From Bacteriovoracia bacterium (lineage in GTDB: Bacteria; Bdellovibrionota; Bacteriovoracia; Bacteriovoracales; Bacteriovoracaceae): a stretch of DNA of 64,000 nt. How positions within the stretch are numbered: position 1 is the stretch's first letter; each line of letters begins with the position of its first letter. The translations under genes were made by a program, and so were the position numbers. Below the pieces are notes generated by a model that searched no databases, had not been told where the DNA came from, and was given only the letters and a program-made list of their open reading frames with translations. The DNA lies in contig JBKHVI010000009.1 of NCBI GenBank assembly GCA_046570105.1, forward strand, positions 1 through 64,000, written 5' to 3'. This document shows positions 17,182 to 27,127 of the stretch, piece after piece.

Positions 17182-18718
17182 ACGCCACTGCTAAGAGTCC
17201 CCAAAGGCCTAAGAGCGGCAACATACCAAAGCGCTGATAAATAGTGTGGTCGGCTTTGAGTGGAAGCTCGAGATTAAAATCCAAAACATCTTGCTCACCG
17301 GTAAGAAGTTGTCTTCCCACGCGTCCATCAGGATAAATCACTGTCGTAATACCCGTATTCGTTGAGCGCACGATCGGACGTCTGAACTCAAGTGCGCGCC
17401 ATTTCGCTAAAAATAGATGTTGGCGTGGTTCAGCGGTTTTGCCATACCAAGAGTCATTGGTGAGGTTGACAATAAAATCTGGTAGCACCGGCGCTTCATT
17501 TAATAGTTTAGCAACAAAAGGCGACTGTAAAATTTCATAACAAATCGGTGTGGTAAAACTCGCACCTGACTTAGTGATAAATGTAGGCGTGGCTTTCCCT
17601 GCGGCAAAAAATGAAACGGCGGGAAGCATTTTCGAAAGTGTCCGATTCATGGGACCAAAGGGCATGGTCTCGCCGAAAGGGATGAGAATATGCTTGCGAT
17701 AAACTTCTTTCAGTTCACCCTGACTGCCAAATAAAAAAGCGGCATTGTATTCTGTTTCAAAATGATCGCCCCAGGGATTGCGCTCATCGTGATCGTATCC
17801 ACCAATCAGAATTTCTGCTCCTGTGCGGGCGATAAGATCTCTAAAAATTGTTGGCGGCGTATCCACTCCAGCTTTGATTTGCGGAGTAGACATGGAAAAA
17901 GGATAAGCTGTTTCTGGCCAGATAATGAGATCTAGATTCTGTGGTTCTTCTTTAAGAGTGAGACGCTGATAGCGTGTCACCACATCTTCCACAGCGCCAT
18001 CGTCACCATTCTCAGATTGGATTTTAAGAAAATTTCCAACGTTGGCCTGCACCACGCGTATGTTGAGGGATTTTTTCTCAGGAGTAATTTGCCAGGCAGG
18101 AAGAATAAAATGAATTCCTGCAAATACCAAGGCAGCAACAAGGGCACTTTTAGCGGGCGGATGACGTTGCAACAACGGTGCAAGTCCCAAAACAAACCAC
18201 CACGTAAAAAACGAATAAAGTGCCACACCACCTACTGAAGCGAGAGTGAGCCACTCTGAAAAATGCATCCATAAATGCCCCGCATAGACCGGAAATTGCT
18301 GAGGCAGAATGACTTCGACTGCTGTTAGGAAGACCGCTCCAAAGAAAGCATGCATGCCTTTCGTCCAGTCCAACACTCCCGGCAGACGGTTGCGATAGGA
18401 AAGCCATACGAGCCAGCCCCACCAAGCAGGATTGAGCACAGGAGCTAAAAAAAGTGAAACTAAGTGCGAAGCACCAGGAGGAAGCCCGCCGAATTCTTCC
18501 AGCGTTCCAGGCACCCAGTAGAAACCGATGAGATTAAAGCCCGTTTGATGAAGGAGCACCGCCAGAACACGTGAGCGCGTCTTAGTGAGGCGCTCTAGTA
18601 CCATCACCATCGTCATGAGGGCGATGGGTGATAAAAAGAAAAAACCTTCATTAAGAAAGTTGGGCCAAGCAAAAGCATAAAGCCCTCCAGAGAGGAGGGC
18701 GATTAAGTGAATAAGCAT
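17117..18718 (-). CDS. lnt: Apolipoprotein N-acyltransferase
   Basis: VQANV, WPETA, YRKHILIPFGE, ICYE, NDSWYG, RSTNTGIT. Confidence 0.95.
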   Translation of the reverse strand: MLIHLIALLSGGLYAFAWPNFLNEGFFFLSPIALMTMVMVLERLTKTRSRVLAVLLHQTGFNLIGFYWVPGTLEEFGGLPPGASHLVSLFLAPVLNPAWWGWLVWLSYRNRLPGVLDWTKGMHAFFGAVFLTAVEVILPQQFPVYAGHLWMHFSEWLTLASVGGVALYSFFTWWFVLGLAPLLQRHPPAKSALVAALVFAGIHFILPAWQITPEKKSLNIRVVQANVGNFLKIQSENGDDGAVEDVVTRYQRLTLKEEPQNLDLIIWPETAYPFSMSTPQIKAGVDTPPTIFRDLIARTGAEILIGGYDHDERNPWGDHFETEYNAAFLFGSQGELKEVYRKHILIPFGETMPFGPMNRTLSKMLPAVSFFAAGKATPTFITKSGASFTTPICYEILQSPFVAKLLNEAPVLPDFIVNLTNDSWYGKTAEPRQHLFLAKWRALEFRRPIVRSTNTGITTVIYPDGRVGRQLLTGEQDVLDFNLELPLKADHTIYQRFGMLPLLGLWGLLAVAFILSWWLKIRPSKGHATLRRL

Positions 18719-18724
18719 GGGAAA

Positions 18725-18753
18725 AGTGTAAACGGATTACTGAGCTTTGGCGA
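18725..18753 (-). promoter_or_regulatory. Sigma70-like promoter, leaderless candidate for lnt
   Basis: TCGCCA N17 TACACT N6 ATG(18718); no SD. Confidence 0.45.
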
Positions 18754-19813
18754 GTTTGCGACCTTCACCCAAGCGCTGCTCAACAGCATCGGCCATTTCT
18801 ACAGCGCGAGCAGCATCAAGCTTGCCAGCACCGAGGATTTTGCCTTCAAAGTTCTTCACTTTTACAGAAGAGCTCAAGATAACGTTACGAACTTGTTCGT
18901 AGTTAAATTTTGTGTGCTTGGCCTTAATCAAAGCGACAACTCCAGAAACAAACGCCGTGGCTTGGCTCGTACCAGTCATATAACCCGCGCCGCCTTGTGG
19001 GATTGCGCTTTTGATACGGTGACCTGGAGCTGCGATATCAACAGAGTTCTTACCAAAGTTTGAGCTAGCGATGATTTGCATTTCTTCATCGTGAGCACCC
19101 ACTGTGATGATGTTCGAGAGACCGTAGCTAGCTGGGTAGTAAGCATTTTTCTTGTCATCGATGTTGCTGCGCTCGTTACCAGCAGCGGCTACGACGATGA
19201 TACCTTTTTTCTCGGCTGCTTTAAGAACACGAAGTTCCTCAACAGATGGCTCAGGACCGCCGCCAGAGTAGTTGATAACATCAACATTCATACGAACAGC
19301 GTACTCAAGAGCTTTAATAGTGCTTTCAAGGTTCTGTTGACCAGAAGCTTGAGGATTGTAGTATTTCAACGCCAAGATTTTAACATCTGGGAAAACACTC
19401 TTAATGATACCGGCAACGTGAGTGCCGTGACCGTGATTATCAACCGGAGCGTTCGTAACTGACTTACCAGAGAAATCTACGCCGTAGTTTGAAGCGCTCT
19501 TTTGACCAGAAACAGTGTGGATATTTCCTGCCAAGAAAGGGTGATCGTGTTGGATACCAGTATCGATAACAGCAACAACGATATCGCGGTTTTTCTTGAA
19601 CTTCTTCCAAGAGTCTTTAACGTTAATTGAAGTGAGTGTCTTATAAGGATCAACACCCCAAGAAGCAAAGCGTGACTCAAGCAATGAAAGTGGGTAAGCC
19701 AGAGGAGCTTCAACGATCTTCGTTTGAGCCGCTTTTGGAGCAGCCGCATACCCTGGGTTCAACATAACCAGAGTTAGAAGGAGGCTGAGCATCTTTGAGG
19801 TAATCGCCTTCAT
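18737..19813 (-). CDS. Secreted S8 subtilisin-family serine protease
   Basis: Catalytic triad VAVIDTG / HGHGTHVAG / GTSQAT; AAAGN oxyanion motif; signal peptide. Confidence 0.93.
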   Translation of the reverse strand: MKAITSKMLSLLLTLVMLNPGYAAAPKAAQTKIVEAPLAYPLSLLESRFASWGVDPYKTLTSINVKDSWKKFKKNRDIVVAVIDTGIQHDHPFLAGNIHTVSGQKSASNYGVDFSGKSVTNAPVDNHGHGTHVAGIIKSVFPDVKILALKYYNPQASGQQNLESTIKALEYAVRMNVDVINYSGGGPEPSVEELRVLKAAEKKGIIVVAAAGNERSNIDDKKNAYYPASYGLSNIITVGAHDEEMQIIASSNFGKNSVDIAAPGHRIKSAIPQGGAGYMTGTSQATAFVSGVVALIKAKHTKFNYEQVRNVILSSSVKVKNFEGKILGAGKLDAARAVEMADAVEQRLGEGRKLAKAQ

Positions 19814-19879
19814 GCACTTATCCCTTTTCGCATACGTATCACAGGAACGGGCTTCGTCCTGCCTAGTTGGTAATTAATA

Positions 19880-19896
19880 AGCAATAGGGCCGCCAA
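19880..19896 (-). promoter_or_regulatory. Sigma54 (-24/-12) promoter of the subtilase
   Basis: TTGGCGGCCCTATTGCT = TGGC-N7-TTGC with exact GG-N10-GC spacing. Confidence 0.7.
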
Positions 19897-19945
19897 AAAG
19901 ACCTTAGGGGTATCAAGGGGTTAGGGGGTCTTTTGAGGGTTCTAA

Positions 19946-19981
19946 CGTCTGGATTTTTTGACAGTGTCAAGGTTTTAGACA
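19946..19981. promoter_or_regulatory. Tandem palindromic sites, putative enhancer-binding protein UAS
   Basis: CGTCTGGATTTTTTGACA and TGTCAAGGTTTTAGACA side by side, 50-85 bp upstream of the sigma54 site. Confidence 0.55.
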
Positions 19982-20103
19982 CATATCGCCAGCGGCCCGT
20001 GTCTCCATAATTCCCTAACAAAACCCATAACTTCATCTAACACACACACTGTGAACTCCTCGCTATAAAGACCGGGACCTATAAACCTTATCCGGAGATT
20101 GCT

Positions 20104-21369
20104 ATGAAAATGACCCTCGCACTCCTATCTTTTGTCCTCCCCACAGCACTTTTTGCAGCTTGTCCTCAAGGCACGACCCTAAAAGGTCAGCTTGAAGGCA
20201 TGGATCTATGTGCCTTGAAAGGGAAGTACTTAAATAGCGAACTACTTTTGACTGCCAACAATCGTTATCTAATTGAAGATGGCGTATTCTTCGGCGGCGA
20301 CAACAAAGAGAATTCAACACTTCGTATCCAGGCCGGCACTACGTTGCACGGTAACCCAGGCGCTTTCATCGCTATCCTTCGCGGCTCAAAGATTTTTGCT
20401 GAAGGTACAGAAACTAAGCCGGTTGTTTTCACTTCACTCAAGCTTACTAATCGTAAGCGCGGTGAGTGGGGCGGTTTGGTAATCAACGGTAATGCTCCCA
20501 TCAACGCTTGTAAGCCGGGTGCTTCCATCTGTGAGGCCATCTCAGAAGGCATCAAAGTTGAGCCAGTTAAATTTGGCGGTAACAACGCTGAAGATAACAG
20601 CGGTGTGCTTCGTTATGTGCGTGTTGAATTCGCAGGATACCCGATCTCTCAAGATAATGAATTGAACGGCATCACTTTTAATGCTGTTGGTAGCGGAACT
20701 GAAATTGATTTCATCCAAGTGAATATGAATGCAGACGATGGAATTGAGTTCTTTGGCGGTACTGCTAATGCAAAACACGTTGTTCTCACAAATAACGAAG
20801 ACGATTCTCTTGATTGGGACATGGGCTTTACTGGCAAAATCCAGTTCATGATTGTTGAGCAAGCTAATGACAGTGCTGATAACGGCATTGAAGCTGATAA
20901 CTTGAAATCACCAATGAACGCTCAGCCGCGTTCAAATCCTACTCTTTCAAACGTGACTTTCTTGGGTGGCAAAAATAGCGCTTACGGTATGCTCCTACGC
21001 AAAGGTACATCAGCTCACGTGATGAATACGATCATCACAGGATTTGGCAAAGCTTGTATCAATATTGATGATGCTGAAACGTTCAATCACGGTGGACTCA
21101 AAATCGAAAATACTTTGGTTGATTGCGCGAATAACTTCGCAGTGGATGCCTCTGATCCTTGGTCAATCGCCGTTTGGTTTAACACTTTGGGTGGCAACAT
21201 GACTGTTCCAGCTCAACTCAATGGCTGGTTCCCAGGTGTGGCAAGTCCAGCTCGCGGTGCAGGTGTGACTCCGGAAGATTTGTTCTTTGATCCGGTTGAT
21301 TACCTTGGCGCCTTTGCTGATGTGTCAGACGTATGGGCAATGGGTTGGACCTCTAACGTACTCGAGTAA
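20104..21369 (+). CDS. Secreted parallel beta-helix protein
   Basis: Signal peptide; GEWGGLVING, DNSGVLRYVRVEFAG, NELNGIT, DDGIEFFGGT, DDSLDWDMG, NGIEADN; family usually next to TonB receptors. Confidence 0.8.
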   Translation: MKMTLALLSFVLPTALFAACPQGTTLKGQLEGMDLCALKGKYLNSELLLTANNRYLIEDGVFFGGDNKENSTLRIQAGTTLHGNPGAFIAILRGSKIFAEGTETKPVVFTSLKLTNRKRGEWGGLVINGNAPINACKPGASICEAISEGIKVEPVKFGGNNAEDNSGVLRYVRVEFAGYPISQDNELNGITFNAVGSGTEIDFIQVNMNADDGIEFFGGTANAKHVVLTNNEDDSLDWDMGFTGKIQFMIVEQANDSADNGIEADNLKSPMNAQPRSNPTLSNVTFLGGKNSAYGMLLRKGTSAHVMNTIITGFGKACINIDDAETFNHGGLKIENTLVDCANNFAVDASDPWSIAVWFNTLGGNMTVPAQLNGWFPGVASPARGAGVTPEDLFFDPVDYLGAFADVSDVWAMGWTSNVLE

Positions 21370-21372
21370 AAC

Positions 21373-23883
21373 ATGATCTTCTTGCTTCTTATAGCGATGA
21401 TGGACCCCGCACTAGCTGCGGGGTCTGTCGTTTCTGAAGAGGTGCAAGAAACGACCGTCCAAGCCCCCAAAATTCGCAATTCGTTTGCCTCTCTCTTGGA
21501 GCAGAGAAAACAAAAATCAGTGGTCGCTGATGTTTTGAGCCAAGAGGCGATGGCCAGAAGTGGTGACTCCGATGCGGCCGCCTCTCTTCGCCGAGTGACA
21601 GGTCTTACTCTCGTTAACGGGAAATTTGTTTATGTGCGTGGTCTGGGCGAGCGCTACTCAAGTGTACTTTTAAATGGTGCTCAAGTTCCAAGTCCAGAGC
21701 CGAGCCGTCGAGTTGTCCCTCTTGATCTTTTCCCCATTTCGATACTTGAAAGTATCTCTGTGCAAAAAAGTTTTTCTCCCGACAAGCCAGCTGAATTTGG
21801 CGGTGGTTTGATTGAGCTCACCACTAAACCATTGCCTCGTGAATTTAATGCTCAGATTGGTATGGGTTTTAATGCCGATGTCTATCGCAAGGGAATTGAT
21901 CACAAGGGCGGTGAGCGTGATGTGTGGGGAATGGATGATGGCAGACGCGAACTTCCAGGAAGCATTCGTAATGCGCTTAATGGCAGAAGAAAATTAGTTC
22001 CCAATAATCCTCCCGGCGTGACCGATGGTGTGAGTGTGGATGCGCTTACATCTATGGGACAATCGCTCCAAAACAACTACAACACTTCTGAGCAATCAGG
22101 TGAAACAGTACCCAATTTTAATTTTTCAATCGGAGACGCCTTTAAACTCGGCGCAGGTCGAGTAGGGACATCTCTTGGTATTTTATATAACCAAAATGCG
22201 GATATTGGTGATCGCCAAGCGACGAGTTATAACGTGGGTGGCGATGGAGAGTTGTTGCGTGATGTGCGCTCCGATGTACGCTTCTCTGAGCGCGAAGTTC
22301 AGCTTGGAGCGGCACTTGATTCGGGCTATGAGTGGAAAAAAAACAGTGTGAAATTCACCTCACTTCTATTGCGAAATTCTACTCGTCGCACAGAAGAGCG
22401 TGTTTCCGTGGGCACATCAGATTCAGTTGATGCTCGCCGCACCAGCAATCTTGAATGGGCCGAGCGCCAACTTTTTTTAAATCAAGTTTCTGGTAAGCAT
22501 GAACAAGAGAAATTTGATGTCACTTGGCGCCTCAATCAATCAACGGCCGGTCGTGAGAGCCCAGATCAACGTGAGTACACTTATCTTAAGCAAAATGGCA
22601 CCTACCTTCTGAATACGGACACCACAGGTAATCGCCGTGTCTGGAGTGAGCTCGAAGACGTATCCCAAGAGAGAGCGGTAGAACTCAATCTTAAACTCAT
22701 TGATGGTAGCAACAAACTTCATTGGAAAAATGGTATTGTTCAAAATACTAAAAACCGCACAGCGGATGTTTGGAGACTGCATCTTAAAAATAACTTTGCT
22801 CCAGGAACAACGCCAGATTTGAGTCAGGCGCCGGAAGATATCTTTAGTGAAGGTAATATTGGACCTGATGGCTTTCAGGTTACCAATTTAACAGAGTCGG
22901 CCGATAGCTTTACCGGTGAACAAACGATTAATTCGATTTATTCTAGTGTGGAGTGGGCACCGATTGATAGTCTTGAGATGTTAATCGGTGTTCGTCAGGA
23001 AACATCTGTCCAGGAAGTAAAAACATTTTACTACTTTGCCCCGAACACTCCCACTTCGCGCGGTAAACTCGAGATGGAAGATCTACTTCCCTCAGTCAAT
23101 TTAACCTGGAAACCCAATCGTTCTCATCGTGTGCGTTTTGGATATTCGGAAACACTCGCTCGTCCAGATTTTCGCGAACTCTCTTCGGTGCCTTATATTG
23201 AAGAAGAAACAGGTTATGAGGTCGTCGGGAATAGCCTTTTAGAAGGCACTGTGATTAATAATTTTGATCTGCGCTGGGAATGGTATTTTGGCCCAGTTGA
23301 CTATATTTCGTTTGGTGGCTTTTATAAAAAGTTCCAAAGTCCGGTTGAAGCCGTCTTTGAACCAGGTCCCAATCTTCGAAAAACTTTTGCCAATGCTGCT
23401 TCAGCGGAAAACCGTGGAGTGGAGCTCGAAGGCCGCTATGGGCTAATGAATATTTCGCGCTTTCTTCGTCGCTGGACGCTACAAGGCAACGTAGCGGTGG
23501 TTCAGTCAGAAGTGGCATTGAATGAAAAAGAAGCGGGCATTTTAACGTCGGAGAGTCGCCCACTGCAAGGTCAGTCTCCTTATGTCGCTAATATGCAAAT
23601 CCTTTATGATCGCCCGGCGCCGCAAATTACCGCAGGCCTAGTTTACAATATTGTCGGCAAACGTATCACTGAAGTAGGAACGAGTGAGCGCCCCGATATT
23701 TACGAGCAACCTACTCATCAAGTTGACGCCATCTACTCTCAAAAAATAGGTAAAGACTGGTCATATAATTTGCGCGCCAGAAATTTACTTGATCCGGCCA
23801 ACGAGAGCACTCAAGGCGACAAAGTCGTACGTACAAGAAAACGAGGGAGAAGCTATGCGCTTTCTGTTACTCATTTCTTTTAG
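21373..23883 (+). CDS. TonB-dependent receptor
   Basis: GDSDAAASLRRVTGLT, YVRGLGERYS, RRVVPLDLFP, ARPDFRELS, PLQGQSPY, C-terminal FF. Confidence 0.93.
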   Translation: MIFLLLIAMMDPALAAGSVVSEEVQETTVQAPKIRNSFASLLEQRKQKSVVADVLSQEAMARSGDSDAAASLRRVTGLTLVNGKFVYVRGLGERYSSVLLNGAQVPSPEPSRRVVPLDLFPISILESISVQKSFSPDKPAEFGGGLIELTTKPLPREFNAQIGMGFNADVYRKGIDHKGGERDVWGMDDGRRELPGSIRNALNGRRKLVPNNPPGVTDGVSVDALTSMGQSLQNNYNTSEQSGETVPNFNFSIGDAFKLGAGRVGTSLGILYNQNADIGDRQATSYNVGGDGELLRDVRSDVRFSEREVQLGAALDSGYEWKKNSVKFTSLLLRNSTRRTEERVSVGTSDSVDARRTSNLEWAERQLFLNQVSGKHEQEKFDVTWRLNQSTAGRESPDQREYTYLKQNGTYLLNTDTTGNRRVWSELEDVSQERAVELNLKLIDGSNKLHWKNGIVQNTKNRTADVWRLHLKNNFAPGTTPDLSQAPEDIFSEGNIGPDGFQVTNLTESADSFTGEQTINSIYSSVEWAPIDSLEMLIGVRQETSVQEVKTFYYFAPNTPTSRGKLEMEDLLPSVNLTWKPNRSHRVRFGYSETLARPDFRELSSVPYIEEETGYEVVGNSLLEGTVINNFDLRWEWYFGPVDYISFGGFYKKFQSPVEAVFEPGPNLRKTFANAASAENRGVELEGRYGLMNISRFLRRWTLQGNVAVVQSEVALNEKEAGILTSESRPLQGQSPYVANMQILYDRPAPQITAGLVYNIVGKRITEVGTSERPDIYEQPTHQVDAIYSQKIGKDWSYNLRARNLLDPANESTQGDKVVRTRKRGRSYALSVTHFF

Positions 23884-24565
23884 TCTCTTATTTGCGTGCG
23901 GTAAGCATGAGCAAAAGAGCTCGGGCAGTCTCTTAGGAGGCGATGTGCGTGAAATCGGCGAAGCGCGCGGTGAAGAAGCTCTTATTCAAGCTATCAATGC
24001 GGATGATGAAGCGCGCTTAGAATTAGTCTTTGCAAGTGAATGGAAGCTCGATCAAAAATTAAAGAATGGCCGTTTGCCACTGACTGAGGCCTGTTCTCTT
24101 TTAAAGCTCAACTCAGTCAAAAAAATTCTTGAACTCGGAGCAGACCGAGATTTAAAAGACGACGAAAATAAATCAGGAGTTGATTACGCCCAAGAATCTG
24201 CTCGCCTCAAACGACTGTTTTATCCTGAAGAAGTTTTGCGCCAAGAAATGGAATTGGTGAAAGCAGTTCGATTAAATAAGTTTGCTGATGTGAAAAAGCT
24301 GCTCTCAATTGGCGTTGATCCCAACTTTATACTTGATGTTGAACGCACTCCCTCAGAGGTGGAAGCGCATTTTGTAGGTGAGACCCCACTTACTTTAGCA
24401 GTTGTTGCGAATCTTCCCAATATCATACGGACTCTCTTAGGTCCTGGCAGCAGCACGGATGTCAATCTTCCCAATACCCGAGGCGAACGTGCGCTGAAGT
24501 TAGCGCGTGACAGGAATTTAACCCCTATTGAAAAAATGCTGCTCCAGCGTGGAGCAATAGAATAA
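23855..24565 (+). CDS. Ankyrin-repeat lipoprotein
   Basis: Lipobox LLFAC; GRLPLTEAC, KLLSIGVDPN, GETPLTLAV, GERALKLA ankyrin motifs. Confidence 0.8.
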   Translation: MRFLLLISFSLLFACGKHEQKSSGSLLGGDVREIGEARGEEALIQAINADDEARLELVFASEWKLDQKLKNGRLPLTEACSLLKLNSVKKILELGADRDLKDDENKSGVDYAQESARLKRLFYPEEVLRQEMELVKAVRLNKFADVKKLLSIGVDPNFILDVERTPSEVEAHFVGETPLTLAVVANLPNIIRTLLGPGSSTDVNLPNTRGERALKLARDRNLTPIEKMLLQRGAIE

Positions 24566-24575
24566 GGATGAGAAG

Positions 24576-25202
24576 ATGAACGAAAGAATTTTTGCCATTG
24601 CTCACTATGTTGACCAAGGTGTGTTGTACCTTCTTTTGCTTTTGTGTTTTTTAAGTCTCTACATGATTACGGAGCGCTGGTTTGCGCTGCAAAAGCGCGT
24701 CCAGGTCAGCAAAAACGTGCAAAAGCGCCTAGGTTTGGCGCTCAAAGAGCAAAACTTTAAAGTGCTGGATGAACTGGCAAAGGAAGAAGGGCCAGAAGCT
24801 GAAGTGGTGCGTTTGGGGCAAGAGCATTTCAAACGCTATGGTAATTCTGGCGTTGATGAAATCTGTCGCACTGTCGGTATGGTTCAGAAGCCTACGCTTG
24901 AAAAATACCTCGGTTTTCTTGCCACCGTGGGTTCAAACGGTCCCTACATCGGATTATTCGGTACGGTTCTTGGTATTATGAAATCTTTTAATGATATGGG
25001 TGCAAGTAGCGGCGGAAATTCTTCTGTCATGGCCGGTATTTCATCTGCGCTCATTGCAACCGCGGCAGGACTGATGGTGGCGATCCCTGCGGTTTTGGCC
25101 TTCAACTTTTTTCAGCGTCAAGTGAAGTCAGTCTACGGCGGCCTTGAAGCCTGTAAAGAGATGGTTTTCCTCTGGGAAAAAACCATTAAGAAGGAGTCAT
25201 AA
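24576..25202 (+). CDS. exbB: MotA/TolQ/ExbB proton channel protein
   Basis: LATVGSNGPYIGLFGTVLGIMKSF, GISSALIATAAGLMVAIPA. Confidence 0.9.
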   Translation: MNERIFAIAHYVDQGVLYLLLLLCFLSLYMITERWFALQKRVQVSKNVQKRLGLALKEQNFKVLDELAKEEGPEAEVVRLGQEHFKRYGNSGVDEICRTVGMVQKPTLEKYLGFLATVGSNGPYIGLFGTVLGIMKSFNDMGASSGGNSSVMAGISSALIATAAGLMVAIPAVLAFNFFQRQVKSVYGGLEACKEMVFLWEKTIKKES

Positions 25203-25203
25203 G

Positions 25204-25623
25204 ATGGGAGCTCCCGTAGGCGGAGGCGATCAAGACGCCATCTCCGATATTAATATTGTTCCCTTGGTCGATATCATCCTCGTGGTGTTGATTATTTTTA
25301 TGGTGACGGCCCCTGCCAGCCAAACCAGTAAAATGGATGTGGATCTTCCTTCAAGCTCTTCGGGCGAATCAAGTGGGGGAGGTGATCCCCTGCAAGTGGT
25401 GATGACTGCCGAAGGCCGTATGTTGATTAACGGTGAAATGGTTTCAGAAAGTGGCCTGCGCTCACAAGCGATGGAAGCTGTTCGTCTGGATCCGAATACT
25501 CCCGCTATCATTACTGCCGATAAAAATCTTCCTCACGGTGAAGTTATCAAAGTCATGGATACGCTCAAGAGTTCTGGTATTCAAAAACTCTCTGTCTCGA
25601 CCACTCAAGGTCTGGAGGACTAA
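25204..25623 (+). CDS. exbD: ExbD/TolR biopolymer transport protein
   Basis: INIVPLVDIILVVLIIFMVTAP, VDLP, ADKNLPHGEVIKVMD. Confidence 0.9.
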   Translation: MGAPVGGGDQDAISDINIVPLVDIILVVLIIFMVTAPASQTSKMDVDLPSSSSGESSGGGDPLQVVMTAEGRMLINGEMVSESGLRSQAMEAVRLDPNTPAIITADKNLPHGEVIKVMDTLKSSGIQKLSVSTTQGLED

Positions 25624-26372
25624 TGAAATTTTTAATCGCACTTCTCGTCATAAACACGGCCTGGGCCAATCCTCAGAAAGTTTTAGAACTCCGCCAAGAT
25701 GTGGAGCGTTTGGCACAGGAAGTAGAAGAAAAACAAAAAGAGAATCAAAGTACACTTGATGTTTATTTACAGCGTCGCCAAGAAATCCAAGCGCAACTTT
25801 TGCGCGAAAAGTTTCGCGCCGATCAGCTGCAAACACAAAAGGGGCGTTTGTCAGAGGCGCTCAAGAAAAATCGCTTGGATGCCTCTGGAAGCATCAAAGC
25901 ACCAGAATGGTTTGCACCCCTTCTCAATCGTCTTGAAAAAGAACTCGCTCTTAATCTTCCTATGGGAGAGGCAAGTAACGAACTAGAAAAGATTCGCGGC
26001 ACACTGGCGCAAGGAAAAACAACATTTGAGACAGCACTCATCCAAACATGGTTTTTGCTGGAAAACGCCATTCGCCGTCGCACGAGCTCAGAATATCTAA
26101 TGACGACTGTTGAAATAGATCAGAAAAAAGAGCCGGCCGAGATTGTTCGCTTAGGAGATTTATTGGCCTATGTGCGCACCGCTGGTGGTGAGTATGGTCT
26201 GATGAGCCGTCAGGGCGACAAGTGGCAATTAACTCGTTTTGATGACAAGTCAAAACAAGCGCAAATTGAAAAACTTATTTCGCAGTATAAGCAAAATCAA
26301 AAAACCGGACTTTACGAGTTGCCTGGCATGAAAGAATTTATCGCCACCATGAGCGCGGAGAAGAAAATATGA
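25623..26372 (+). CDS. DUF3450/TtpB-like periplasmic coiled-coil protein
   Basis: Signal peptide, coiled coil, LP...E, IVRLG..LAYVRT..G..G, C-terminal LYELP; TonB operon context. Confidence 0.65.
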   Translation: MKFLIALLVINTAWANPQKVLELRQDVERLAQEVEEKQKENQSTLDVYLQRRQEIQAQLLREKFRADQLQTQKGRLSEALKKNRLDASGSIKAPEWFAPLLNRLEKELALNLPMGEASNELEKIRGTLAQGKTTFETALIQTWFLLENAIRRRTSSEYLMTTVEIDQKKEPAEIVRLGDLLAYVRTAGGEYGLMSRQGDKWQLTRFDDKSKQAQIEKLISQYKQNQKTGLYELPGMKEFIATMSAEKKI

Positions 26373-27127
26373 AATGGTTTATTACTCTGCTGTTTCCTTT
26401 GAGTGTTTTTGCGAACGATATGCAAGCTGCTTACGATAAGGAGATTCAGTTCCTTGAAAAGCAGAAAGCGTCTCTCGTGCAGCTTAAAGATCGTGTAAAA
26501 AAAGATGCGATGGAGCGTCGAGCACAAGGCGAAGCTGAAATCAAACGTCTTAATCTTGAGTTAAGTCAGCTCTCGATAAAAAATCTCACTGAGCAAGAAA
26601 CTGTTCAGCGCTGGGAAAAGCTTTTAAAAGACGCTGCCAGCGGCGGCCCTCAATTAGAAAAAAATCTCCGACGTATGGAAGATCAGTTTCGCCAATTGCG
26701 TGAGAAGACCCCTCTGCCAAGTTTTTCGATCACCAAAGGATCTACCATTGACCAGTTTCAAGCACGTCTTGAAGAAGGTCTGATGATCCTTTCTGCCTTG
26801 GGAGAGCCCAGTCTTCGTTCACATGCATTCCTCGACACAGATGAAAAGCTCGTAAAGGGTGATGTGCTCGCTCTTGGTCTTTTTGGTGCCTACGGTGTCC
26901 AAAACGGAAATACCTTTATGCTCGCTCCCTATGATTCACAATGGCTTAAGGCGGTTGAGAAACTGGCCGGCAATGAGCTTTTGCTCTTTGATCCATCTTT
27001 TCAACAAAGTCCGCTTAAGACTCATGCCGGATGGAAAGAACGTGCCGCCGATATGGCACCAGGTCTTGTGATGGTTTTGATTATGCTCACAGTGGTTGCT
27101 CTCTTTGTGGCGCTAGCGAGGGCCTAG
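26369..27127 (+). CDS. Coiled-coil protein with C-terminal TM helix, resembling the TtpC periplasmic region
   Basis: Signal peptide, coiled coil, G.V..LG.FGAY, FDPS, then one TM helix and no ExbB domain. Confidence 0.55.
   Translation: MKWFITLLFPLSVFANDMQAAYDKEIQFLEKQKASLVQLKDRVKKDAMERRAQGEAEIKRLNLELSQLSIKNLTEQETVQRWEKLLKDAASGGPQLEKNLRRMEDQFRQLREKTPLPSFSITKGSTIDQFQARLEEGLMILSALGEPSLRSHAFLDTDEKLVKGDVLALGLFGAYGVQNGNTFMLAPYDSQWLKAVEKLAGNELLLFDPSFQQSPLKTHAGWKERAADMAPGLVMVLIMLTVVALFVALARA

Noticed and set aside
18707..19462. Plus-strand ORFs (118 and 128 aa) opposite the subtilase
   Set aside because: Antisense shadows of a well-supported gene, with no motifs
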